Assembly: GCA_964558645.1 (NCBI GenBank)
Contig: CAZLEV010000006.1
Location: 64,001-128,000 of the forward strand
Direction: 5' to 3'
DNA: 64,000 nt
Source of the DNA: an uncultured archaeon
GTDB taxonomy: Archaea > Asgardarchaeota > Thorarchaeia > Thorarchaeales > Thorarchaeaceae
Every line of letters begins with the position of its first letter. The first letter of the stretch is position 1. The translations under genes were made by a program, and so were the position numbers. Under the pieces are notes generated by a model. The model worked only from the letters and a program-made list of their open reading frames with translations, did not search any database and was not told where the DNA came from. Below are positions 30,691-38,313 of the stretch, one piece after another.

Positions 30691-30857
30691 TACTAAGGCC
30701 CAGTCCTTTTCTAGTTGTCCTGATGTTGCCATTTAAGGTCGGATTCGAAGATACTGCATATACAAGAGCCAATCTACTACGTGCGCCCTCATCAATCTGG
30801 ACTTACAACGATCATCTGTGAACAGGTCAGTGCCAATCCAAGCATTCGCCATCTTTC

Positions 30858-30870
30858 GCAAGCTTAATAT
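30858..30870 (+). promoter_or_regulatory. BRE/TATA promoter of tRNA(CAU)
   Basis: GCAAGCTTAATAT about 30 nt upstream of the tRNA. Confidence 0.6.
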
Positions 30871-30900
30871 CGGCAACTCGGGGGCATGATTCTGGATAGC

Positions 30901-30977
30901 GGGCCCATAGCTCAGCTTGGTAGAGCGGCAGGCTCATAACCTGTCGGTCAAGGGTTCAAATCCCTTTGGGCCCACCA
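30901..30977 (+). tRNA. tRNA with CAU anticodon, most likely tRNA-Ile2 (agmatidine-modified), encoded CCA
   Basis: GGGCCCA TA GCTC AGCTTGGTA GAGC G GCAGG CT CAT AA CCTGT CGGTC AAGGG TTCAAAT CCCTT TGGGCCC A CCA. The GGGCCC acceptor stem is typical of archaeal Ile tRNAs, and there is no A1-U72 initiator pair. Confidence 0.9.
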
Positions 30978-31062
30978 TTCCTCCTATCTTTGAATGGAAA
31001 ACCTCATCTATCGACCTCGAAAATGAGATAAACCCATGATTTACTCTCTCTGAAGAGGTATA

Positions 31063-31851
31063 ATGATGCAAATACTGTCAGATCCGGTCATCATGGGCGC
31101 AGTTGCCAGTCTAATAGCGGGGACTGCAACCGGACTGGGGGCAATCCCTGTTCTACTAGGGGGCAAGTTCAGTCGGAAGTTCCTAGACGTCATGCTTGGT
31201 TTCGCAGCTGGGGTCATGCTTGCGGCTTCAGCATTCAGTCTCTTAGTTCCTGCGTATGAGATGGTTGTTGATTGGGTGGGTGTTCTCAGCGTTGTGGGAC
31301 TTGGGTTCGCTCTTGGTGGAGTCTTTGTCCACGAAGCGGACAAGCACGTTCCCCATGAACACTTTCAGAAAGGACATGAGGGGCCATCATCCTCCCTAGC
31401 CAGAGTATGGCTTCTGATTCTTGCTATAACTATTCACAACTTCCCGGAGGGCCTTGCCGTAGGTGTTGCTTTTGGCACAGATGACGTCGTGACAGGAATC
31501 TCGGTTGCCGTGGCCATCGGCCTGCAGAATATACCGGAAGGACTGGCAGTGGCAGCGCCATTGGTACGAGAGGGGTACTCCAAGAGATATGCAGCAGGTT
31601 TGGCTCTGCTTACAGGTCTTGTTGAGCCAATAGGAGGAATAATTGGGGTCTCGATTGTGACAGTTGCAGCATTCCTATTGCCCTATGGCCTGGCTTTTGC
31701 TGCAGGAGCCATGATATTTGTGGTTAGTGACGAGATGGTGCCAGAGAGCCATGTGGGAGGACATGCTCGCGAAGCGACATGGGGGATCATGGTGGGATTT
31801 CTGATAATGATGACTCTGGACAATATCTTCGCTTTCATCTTTGCAGGATAG
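31063..31851 (+). CDS. ZIP-family (GufA/ZupT) metal transporter
   Basis: GFAAGVMLAAS, HNFPEGLAVG, QNIPEGLAV, AGAMIFVVSDEMVPESH. Confidence 0.93.
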   Translation: MMQILSDPVIMGAVASLIAGTATGLGAIPVLLGGKFSRKFLDVMLGFAAGVMLAASAFSLLVPAYEMVVDWVGVLSVVGLGFALGGVFVHEADKHVPHEHFQKGHEGPSSSLARVWLLILAITIHNFPEGLAVGVAFGTDDVVTGISVAVAIGLQNIPEGLAVAAPLVREGYSKRYAAGLALLTGLVEPIGGIIGVSIVTVAAFLLPYGLAFAAGAMIFVVSDEMVPESHVGGHAREATWGIMVGFLIMMTLDNIFAFIFAG

Positions 31852-31895
31852 GTTACGCGACCAGAGGACATACGAAAGGGGGCGATGGAGCTGTG

Positions 31896-31976
31896 CTAGA
31901 AACTGGCAAGAAGAAGAACCAGTAGGATTGCTGCAGCCAGTGTCAACGTAACCAATGTGAAAAGGAGAGTATCCAT
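31896..31976 (-). CDS. Putative 26-aa hydrophobic micropeptide
   Basis: MDTLLFTLVTLTLAAAILLVLLLASF, located in the gap downstream of the LRR gene. Confidence 0.35.
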   Translation of the reverse strand: MDTLLFTLVTLTLAAAILLVLLLASF

Positions 31977-32041
31977 CACTGGTCAAATGATTGATGCCCT
32001 CGTTACCGACGACTCTATAAGATAGATACAGAATCGGCCAA

Positions 32042-32668
32042 CTATAGCCATTCGATCTGGTCAAGGTATGGGCTGAGGCCGCGTGAAACCTTGGTCTTTG
32101 TCTTGAATTTGGTGTCTGCAGTGAGTTTGATGTCTGGGTCCAAGTCGAGCGTTCTGAGATTCGAGCAACGGAATAGTGCCGAAACATCCATTTCGCTTAT
32201 GTCGTTCTTGGTTAGGGTCAACGTACGGAGTTTTCGGCAATTCTTTAGGGGTGAAAGGTCAATGTTACTCAGCCTGTTTTCGTAGAGGTGCAGAGACCTG
32301 AGATTCTTACAGGCAGACAGCGGCTTCAAGTCTATTTCTCTGAGTCGATTGAAGGAGAGTCCTAAGTATGTGAGGTCAGGACATGCTCTCAGAGGTCCCA
32401 GGTCAATTGCAATGAGCTCGTTTCCGCCCAGAGAGAGCTCCACCAGTGATGGGCACTGCTCGAGAACAGAGAGGTCGATACTCTCAAGCTCATTCCCGGA
32501 CAGGGTGAGAACCTCGAGATTCGGAAACTCTTCTAGCGGCGACAGGTCAGTCGAACCAATCCGTTTGTCATTCAAGTCAACTACAGTAGTGCTTGGGTCG
32601 AATCGTTCGACCACCTTTCCACCCTTTTTGGTTTCGCTCCAGATAGTAATCTCGTCCATGTGTGCCAT
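32042..32668 (-). CDS. Leucine-rich repeat protein (24-aa repeats)
   Basis: About 6 repeats of DLxPLxxCxxLxxLxLxxNxLxxI; likely start ATG 32668. Confidence 0.9.
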   Translation of the reverse strand: MAHMDEITIWSETKKGGKVVERFDPSTTVVDLNDKRIGSTDLSPLEEFPNLEVLTLSGNELESIDLSVLEQCPSLVELSLGGNELIAIDLGPLRACPDLTYLGLSFNRLREIDLKPLSACKNLRSLHLYENRLSNIDLSPLKNCRKLRTLTLTKNDISEMDVSALFRCSNLRTLDLDPDIKLTADTKFKTKTKVSRGLSPYLDQIEWL

Positions 32669-32842
32669 GTCCCGGAGAGTGGTTAGAGCGCCTCCTAATA
32701 AAGTGACGGCACCAACCAAGACGATTCCAATGACTCATTACTCAATGGAAGAGCAGATCGATTACTCTATAGCACTTCGTCTACGTCTTTCCTCTCAGCC
32801 GGGAGGTGTAATGCGATTCTCAGCTGGACGCTTCTCTGTGGA

Positions 32843-33064
32843 CTACTTGACCGCACCCACTATCAAGAGGATGACTCCAAGCCCTGTGAGTCCCAGCATC
32901 ACCTCAGTGAAGTTGTATCCTGCTAGAGCGATGGAGTAGATGCCTTGATCGAAGTAGACGAGTATTGCACTCAGGTCCACGTATGCTGTGAGAAATGTAG
33001 CCCATATCGGTAGTAGTCCTGCTACAATCAGTAGCAGACCCAGAATAGCTAAGCCTTTACCCAT
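32843..33064 (-). CDS. Small two-TM membrane protein
   Basis: 73 aa with two hydrophobic helices; GAGG-type RBS upstream. Confidence 0.65.
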   Translation of the reverse strand: MGKGLAILGLLLIVAGLLPIWATFLTAYVDLSAILVYFDQGIYSIALAGYNFTEVMLGLTGLGVILLIVGAVK

Positions 33065-33184
33065 GTTCAGTCCTCAGTTTCGTTTCGTACTCTGTGTACA
33101 AACACCTATATCAGCTGTTTGGATTTTCAACGACCAATTGGAGTTGGGCTCTCAGAGTTGTGACCGAATGTTTGTATCAAGATA

Positions 33185-33197
33185 GCAATCTTAATAT
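33185..33197 (+). promoter_or_regulatory. BRE/TATA promoter of tRNA-Asn
   Basis: GCAATCTTAATAT about 30 nt upstream of 33227; matches the other tRNA promoters. Confidence 0.6.
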
Positions 33198-33226
33198 TGA
33201 ATCCGTGGCCGTTCTCCGTTGCACTT

Positions 33227-33422
33227 GCCGCCGTGGCTCAGTCGGTAGTTGTTGTTCCTCTTGAGGAGCAGCAGCTGAAAGCGACAACCCTTTGCACTTC
33301 GCAAGGGTTCGCTCAAGCCTGTTACCTTTCGGTCAGGTGGCCGAGAGCCAGACAGTTGTAGTGCATCACGCTTCGTGATGCGTGACGTATGGTCCCAGGT
33401 TCAAACCCTGGCGGCGGCGCCA
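33227..33422 (+). tRNA. tRNA-Asn(GUU) with four introns; exons 33227-33248, 33280-33285, 33316-33324, 33354-33359, 33390-33422
   Basis: Joined exons give GCCGCCG TG GCTC AGTCGGTA GAGC G ACAGC CT GTT AA GTTGT TGGTC CCAGG TTCAAAC CCTGG CGGCGGC G CCA: 76 nt, all four stems paired, G73 as in Asn tRNAs. Each removed segment is a hairpin with BHB/BHL-like geometry. Confidence 0.9.
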
Positions 33423-33607
33423 CGTACATCAGTTCTTTTCAGTCCAATCGGTCTGCATCAGTATCCTGCAATCATGCACAAAGAAAGTGAGCCCACCATT
33501 CCCCTTCAGGGGATCGGCTGAAAGGGCCATCCAAGCGTGTTCTGGTACAGTAGAAGTGTTCCGTGAAGTACGAGGACCAGAACGATAACAGAGAGGAAGA
33601 TGTCAAG

Positions 33608-34198
33608 CTAGGGCCGTTCCTTGACGGGTGAGGGGCGGAGGAATCCGGTTCTCTGCATATACTCCGCATACTTCTCATTCTGAGTCCTGAGCAGATACTG
33701 CTCCTCCGCCACGGCAAGAAGGACATATGCAAGCAGCTCGGCATACCAGACAGAGATGGTCACTCCGCCGCTCCAGTAGCTCTTCGCATAAGGTAGTGTG
33801 CCGATCCATATACTTCGTGTTGTGAGTGTCAGGGTGAACAAGAGCACACCGAGATACTGTGGATGACGCACGAACCTGTATGGCCCCATCCTCACAAGAC
33901 CGAGTTCTCTATTCGTCCTGAGATAGGCAATGGAATAGGTCCAGAGAGAGAATCCAAACAGTGCCAAGATGACCTCAAGAAGAAATCCACCTAAGATGAG
34001 ATATATCAAGAAGAACGGGAGCGCGAGCAGTCCAACTGGAGCGGTGGTGGCAATGCCGACCAGAAAGACTAGGAAGGGCATGACCATGAGCCCAGCGTAG
34101 CCGAAGGGTATCGACTGAAAGAGAGGGACTATGTATCCCGTGCCGTCTAGGAATCTCTTCGGGATTCTCTGCCTTAGAGTTGGAGAAGTGTCTTCCAT
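33608..34198 (-). CDS. ICMT/PEMT-family membrane methyltransferase
   Basis: LVRMGPYRFVRHPQYLG and EEQYL..Y.EY motifs; multi-TM. Confidence 0.82.
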   Translation of the reverse strand: MEDTSPTLRQRIPKRFLDGTGYIVPLFQSIPFGYAGLMVMPFLVFLVGIATTAPVGLLALPFFLIYLILGGFLLEVILALFGFSLWTYSIAYLRTNRELGLVRMGPYRFVRHPQYLGVLLFTLTLTTRSIWIGTLPYAKSYWSGGVTISVWYAELLAYVLLAVAEEQYLLRTQNEKYAEYMQRTGFLRPSPVKERP

Positions 34199-34393
34199 TC
34201 AGTCATCATCCCCATTCCTATCTTCACTGAGGAATAGATGCAGAGCCATTTAACCATATAGTGCAGTACTGTGTGGATGCAAGAGGTGTTTGGAACACGT
34301 GTTCCAATTTCATTAGGCAATGTGGTGTTCGGACTATGTTGACACCCCAATGTCCAAAAGGGCCTCTTCAATATAGTTTACTGAGAGATACCT

Positions 34394-34597
34394 GTGAGTG
34401 TAGCAAAAGTAATCGAGCTTATCGGTCAGTCAGAGAAGAGTTTTGATGATGCTATCGAGAATGCACTGGAGATTGCATCTGAGTCGATCAGAAACATCCA
34501 TGGTCTCGATGTGCTCGATCTGACTGCTGATGTTGAAAATGGGAAGATTGTCAAATACAGAGCAAACGTGAAGGTAGCCTTCCGTTACGAGGAATAA
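34394..34597 (+). CDS. Dodecin (flavin-binding)
   Basis: VAKVIELIGQSEKSFDDAIENA..ASESIRNI...YRANVKVAF, 67 aa. Confidence 0.92.
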   Translation: MSVAKVIELIGQSEKSFDDAIENALEIASESIRNIHGLDVLDLTADVENGKIVKYRANVKVAFRYEE

Positions 34598-34607
34598 ACA
34601 ACTCATA

Positions 34608-34643
34608 GAGGGCCGTTCGGCCCTCGTTCCCATCTCTTTTTTT
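34608..34643 (+). terminator. GC hairpin plus T-tract terminator after dodecin
   Basis: GAGGGCCG-TT-CGGCCCTC followed by T7 at 34637-34643. Confidence 0.65.
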
Positions 34644-34800
34644 CGACTCGCCAACCGTAATCGATGTCACCCCCTACAGCAGTGAGAGCCTGTAGGATCA
34701 AGACCCAGCAGGATTCTGTCGCTCTTCCGTCATGAGAGCGGTCATCTGGGAGAGTACAGACTGATAATGCTGAAAAGAGCAGGCCCGGCTCTGGAGAGGT

Positions 34801-35421
34801 ATGGCGCACCGCGATGATGAACGGGTCCACATGGACGTTTGGTGTCCGTTAATTCCACCCCAAGACTTCTCGAAGCTGGAAGGGTATGAGGGGGAATTGA
34901 ACAAGGTCAGCAACGCCTATGATGACTGGCAGGCCTTCATGCGTGGTAAGCCCTTCATTGAAACAGACGTTGGTGTTCTCTTAGACCGTATCAGGATGCT
35001 CATGATTGGGATAGGTGTCGCCTGTGCTCAAGACCGAGATCTCGCAGAGGTTGTTCAGTCCATCCTTTCACATAATCTACGGAAGACGGCCATCGAGCTG
35101 GTAGAGAGGGTGTCAGATACAGGCCAGTACGATGGCCGAATCAAGGGGATTCTGACCAATTTCTTCTCTACAATCAAGTTCACTCGAGACCTCTATCCCC
35201 GTGAAGAGATAGAGAGGGCAATGGCGAATCATAGAGAGGAACAGAGGGGTGGCACACTGCTCTCGTCATTGAAGAAAGCAGCTGCCGAGGCTCGAAAGAA
35301 CAAGGACGATGCCGATAGTGAAAGGGAACCGGTCATACAGGCTGCACTATCTGAAGCTGCGAGTGTGGCAAAACGGATTTACCTACGTCTTCTCAGCCCC
35401 GATCCGTGGGGCATTCAATAG
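34801..35421 (+). CDS. Hypothetical helical protein
   Basis: 206-aa ORF with a GGAGAGGT RBS; no family recognised. Confidence 0.7.
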   Translation: MAHRDDERVHMDVWCPLIPPQDFSKLEGYEGELNKVSNAYDDWQAFMRGKPFIETDVGVLLDRIRMLMIGIGVACAQDRDLAEVVQSILSHNLRKTAIELVERVSDTGQYDGRIKGILTNFFSTIKFTRDLYPREEIERAMANHREEQRGGTLLSSLKKAAAEARKNKDDADSEREPVIQAALSEAASVAKRIYLRLLSPDPWGIQ

Positions 35422-35425
35422 GATT

Positions 35426-36010
35426 TCATCCAATCCGCCTGATGCCAGCCGATGTCCTGATGAAGCGCGAGACTGATTTTTCTACACGCTTCCAGTCTGA
35501 AACAAAGAGGATGACCGATACCTTCTCTTGACTAATATATAGTTCAATGAAGCTGGCCTCTTTTCTACCTCCTCTACCTCCTGTGGCACCAGTGATGGTC
35601 CCGGGATTGAGTAAGAGGCGACTCTTGTAGAGATCAATGGAGGGGTCATGAGTGTGGCCATGAATAGCAATATCCGCTCCGACGTTCTGAGCTATCTCCC
35701 AGAGCTCGGATATGTTTCCGCGAGGACTCAATTGAGTGCCATGAAGAAGAAGAATATGGAACTCTTCGATATCCATGGTCTTCTGGAAGTCATGCCCACC
35801 ACCAAAGTCCATGTTGCCTTGGACCATATGACTCGGAGGGAGGGGCGGAAGACTGTCGCGCATCGCCTGTTCTTGGACTAAGTCGCCCGTTATCAGGGCT
35901 AGACTGTAGTCCGTATCCTCGATGTGAGAGTAGAATTCCTCAGGAATTGAAGTGGCCCTGGTGGGAATGTGTGTGTCCCCAAATACTAAGAGTTTCTTCA
36001 ACTCAGCCAT
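35426..36010 (-). CDS. Vps29-like/YfcE metallophosphoesterase
   Basis: GDTHIPTR, TGDL, GNMD, HGTQLSPRG, HGHTH, NPGTITGA. Confidence 0.88.
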   Translation of the reverse strand: MAELKKLLVFGDTHIPTRATSIPEEFYSHIEDTDYSLALITGDLVQEQAMRDSLPPLPPSHMVQGNMDFGGGHDFQKTMDIEEFHILLLHGTQLSPRGNISELWEIAQNVGADIAIHGHTHDPSIDLYKSRLLLNPGTITGATGGRGGRKEASFIELYISQEKVSVILFVSDWKRVEKSVSRFIRTSAGIRRIG

Positions 36011-36013
36011 GCC

Positions 36014-38206
36014 TCATGAGGACTTTCGCGCCTCAGTAAGATGATCAAGTATCTTCGTGAAGACCTCTCTCTTGGGGCCTTTAGCCAGTTTGGCAAGGCG
36101 CTCTACTATGAGTTCAGGGGTGCTTCTTGCCAAATATCCAAACCTCGGCGTTCGGTCCACTATCAGCTCAAGTTCCTCGTTCAAACCCTTGGCCTCAATA
36201 CCATCAATCCGAACAGGAACCTGAGTGACCTCCTTTATCTCGCGAGCAAGATGACTACAGATGACTGTTGCACTGTTTGGGTCGTCTTGGAGAATCTCGA
36301 TGAGTCCTGCAATCACATTGGCCGCACTGCCTGGTTCTGTGATAGCCTCTACCTCGTCGAAGAGTACTAGTTTTGACTTATCCGATACTACAATGTCAGC
36401 AAATTGCTCCAACGTTGTTTCAAAGGCTCCTGCATTCACCATTCCCTTACTCTTGTAGAAGAAGAAGAGTTCCTCAAAGACTCTCAGATGTACTTCTTCA
36501 GCAGGGACAGGGAGGCCGGTCTGTGCCATAGTGACTATCTGTGCAAGTGTCTGAATCGTGGTGGTCTTGCCACCGCTATTTGCTCCCGAGAGGATCGCAC
36601 AGTTCTCACCATTGGTACCCTCAGGTCGAATGGGTGTGACTCCAATGGCATAGTCGATAGGCTGAACCGGGCCATGTTTGCCCTTCAGCATGCTCTCAAC
36701 TAGAAAGAGATTACGCGCGTTCTTGACACCTACGCCTGAGTACCCCAATGAGATGTCAGGAATATGAAGATCATATTCTCTGGCAAACGAACCAACTGCT
36801 AGGAACAGGTCGAACTCAAGCAGCGTCTGGACCGCCTCGTCAACCGGATCTTTCAGCTGGTCCAGCTCCCCCGCTATTTTCTTGATGATTCTGAACTGTT
36901 TCTCAGCAAAGAGACGCCTGAGGCGGTCTTCTAGCTCGTTGATTCGGGTAGCAACCATCTGGACAGGAAGTGAAATCTCTTCGCTGATTATGCCCGTTAC
37001 CCAGTCCGCCTCACGAGGTGTGAGCCCGAGCATATTGACTAGGCGATCTTCTGCCTCTTGGATTGTGGTCGTGAAAGTTTCCACTATCTCTGCAGGCAGC
37101 ATGTTTCTCAGTGCCCCAGCGTCTGCACCATCCATATCAGCAGACTGCAAAATACTGATAATCTGTTGCCCTCCAAGCGTCACTTCGCTACTAGATATTC
37201 TTGAGTTTATCTCATCATTTAACCAAGCTTCAATCTCTGCGATAGCGGTTGGGAATGCTTTTACTGACTTCCTAAATCGATCAAGCTCACTATTGACCCC
37301 CATAGCTATGGAACCGGATTCTTCTATGAAGTCCAGTAGCTCACTGACCTTTGTCAGACTTTCAAAGTCTATGCCATCTATGAATTGCTGGACTGTCGTG
37401 TTCGAAGGAATACTCTTGAAGATCTTGGCTATCTCACAGGCAGCATCAATGACACGATAATTCTTGGAGTAGAAACTCACTGTCTGCTCGGGGATGACAT
37501 CGCCTACCTTCCAGTCCTTGCCAAGGATTTCAACATTCTCCATTAAATCCAGCGAGTCATCATATACTCCATATGGAGAGATATACATCACAAGATCGTA
37601 ACCCTGGGCGTAATCAGTTGCACTCTCGTCTTCGGACAGAATATAGACTGGACACCATTTGTCAACTTTCTCCTCCACCAGTCTATCAAATGTCTTCTCA
37701 TCATTGGTGAGGACAACTCGGCCATCCAAGCGTTGGTGCTGTATCCTCTTGAAGAGAGCTCGCACTTGACCCAAGTTCTTTCGAAGCTGTGCTCCTTGGT
37801 CCTCCGTCAATCCTTGGGCCATCTCTGATGCATCAGCGAAATACGCTTGACGTTCTCGAATCACGTCGATCTTGTCGGGGGGGAGTGGGAAGTACAAGAC
37901 AAGCTTGTCCTTAGCATAAGTCGTGTTGGTATATCCCCGGATAATGTCCAGGATAGACTCGAAGATTCTTCGGATGTCGTGGCTTCGCATAATGGTATAC
38001 GAGTTGGCGCCAAACTCGTGTTCAAAGGCACCCTTCACAATATTGACAGCTTGACGGTCACCTATTCCCGGTACGGCAGCTACAAGGTCAACACGAGAGT
38101 CCATAATGACCTTGAGTGCAACGGCCTCATTTCCGAAGTGCTCTATGAGAGCTTGCTTCATCTTCTTGCCCACACCAGGAATGTCAGATAATCTAGATAT
38201 ACTCAC
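36014..38206 (-). CDS. Archaeal MutS2-like ATPase with N-terminal helix-hairpin-helix
   Basis: IPGVGKK and VPGIGDR HhH motifs, SGANSGGKTT, AGAFE, LFDEVEAITEPG, SHL. Confidence 0.85.
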   Translation of the reverse strand: MSISRLSDIPGVGKKMKQALIEHFGNEAVALKVIMDSRVDLVAAVPGIGDRQAVNIVKGAFEHEFGANSYTIMRSHDIRRIFESILDIIRGYTNTTYAKDKLVLYFPLPPDKIDVIRERQAYFADASEMAQGLTEDQGAQLRKNLGQVRALFKRIQHQRLDGRVVLTNDEKTFDRLVEEKVDKWCPVYILSEDESATDYAQGYDLVMYISPYGVYDDSLDLMENVEILGKDWKVGDVIPEQTVSFYSKNYRVIDAACEIAKIFKSIPSNTTVQQFIDGIDFESLTKVSELLDFIEESGSIAMGVNSELDRFRKSVKAFPTAIAEIEAWLNDEINSRISSSEVTLGGQQIISILQSADMDGADAGALRNMLPAEIVETFTTTIQEAEDRLVNMLGLTPREADWVTGIISEEISLPVQMVATRINELEDRLRRLFAEKQFRIIKKIAGELDQLKDPVDEAVQTLLEFDLFLAVGSFAREYDLHIPDISLGYSGVGVKNARNLFLVESMLKGKHGPVQPIDYAIGVTPIRPEGTNGENCAILSGANSGGKTTTIQTLAQIVTMAQTGLPVPAEEVHLRVFEELFFFYKSKGMVNAGAFETTLEQFADIVVSDKSKLVLFDEVEAITEPGSAANVIAGLIEILQDDPNSATVICSHLAREIKEVTQVPVRIDGIEAKGLNEELELIVDRTPRFGYLARSTPELIVERLAKLAKGPKREVFTKILDHLTEARKSS

Positions 38207-38313
38207 TCTAAGTTCCCCTGTAGCTAGGCTGTCTTTTGCATTCGTGATGCTTGTCCTAAAAACATTGACTCTCGGTCAAATGGAGAGAGCAGCATGCGCT
38301 CATTCTTTTCTGG

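Noticed and set aside
30901-30977. tRNA-Met (initiator or elongator) call from the CAT anticodon
   Set aside because: The GGGCCC acceptor stem and lack of A1-U72 fit archaeal tRNA-Ile2 better; not fully excluded without isotype models.
33227-33422. Alternative readings as tmRNA-like RNA, tRNA-Sec, or a tRNA pseudogene with an inserted element
   Set aside because: There is no G3-U70 pair or tag ORF, and no UCA anticodon or extended acceptor stem. Four BHB-guided excisions restore an exact 76-nt Asn cloverleaf, which random decay or a single insertion would not give.
33382-33744. ORFs 33382-33588 (+) and 33472-33744 (-)
   Set aside because: They overlap the tRNA 3' end or the methyltransferase gene and have no protein-like features; treated as shadow frames.
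30103-34200. Integrated mobile element at the tRNA cluster
   Set aside because: No integrase, transposase or duplicated tRNA 3' end (att) seen; flanking genes look like ordinary cellular genes.
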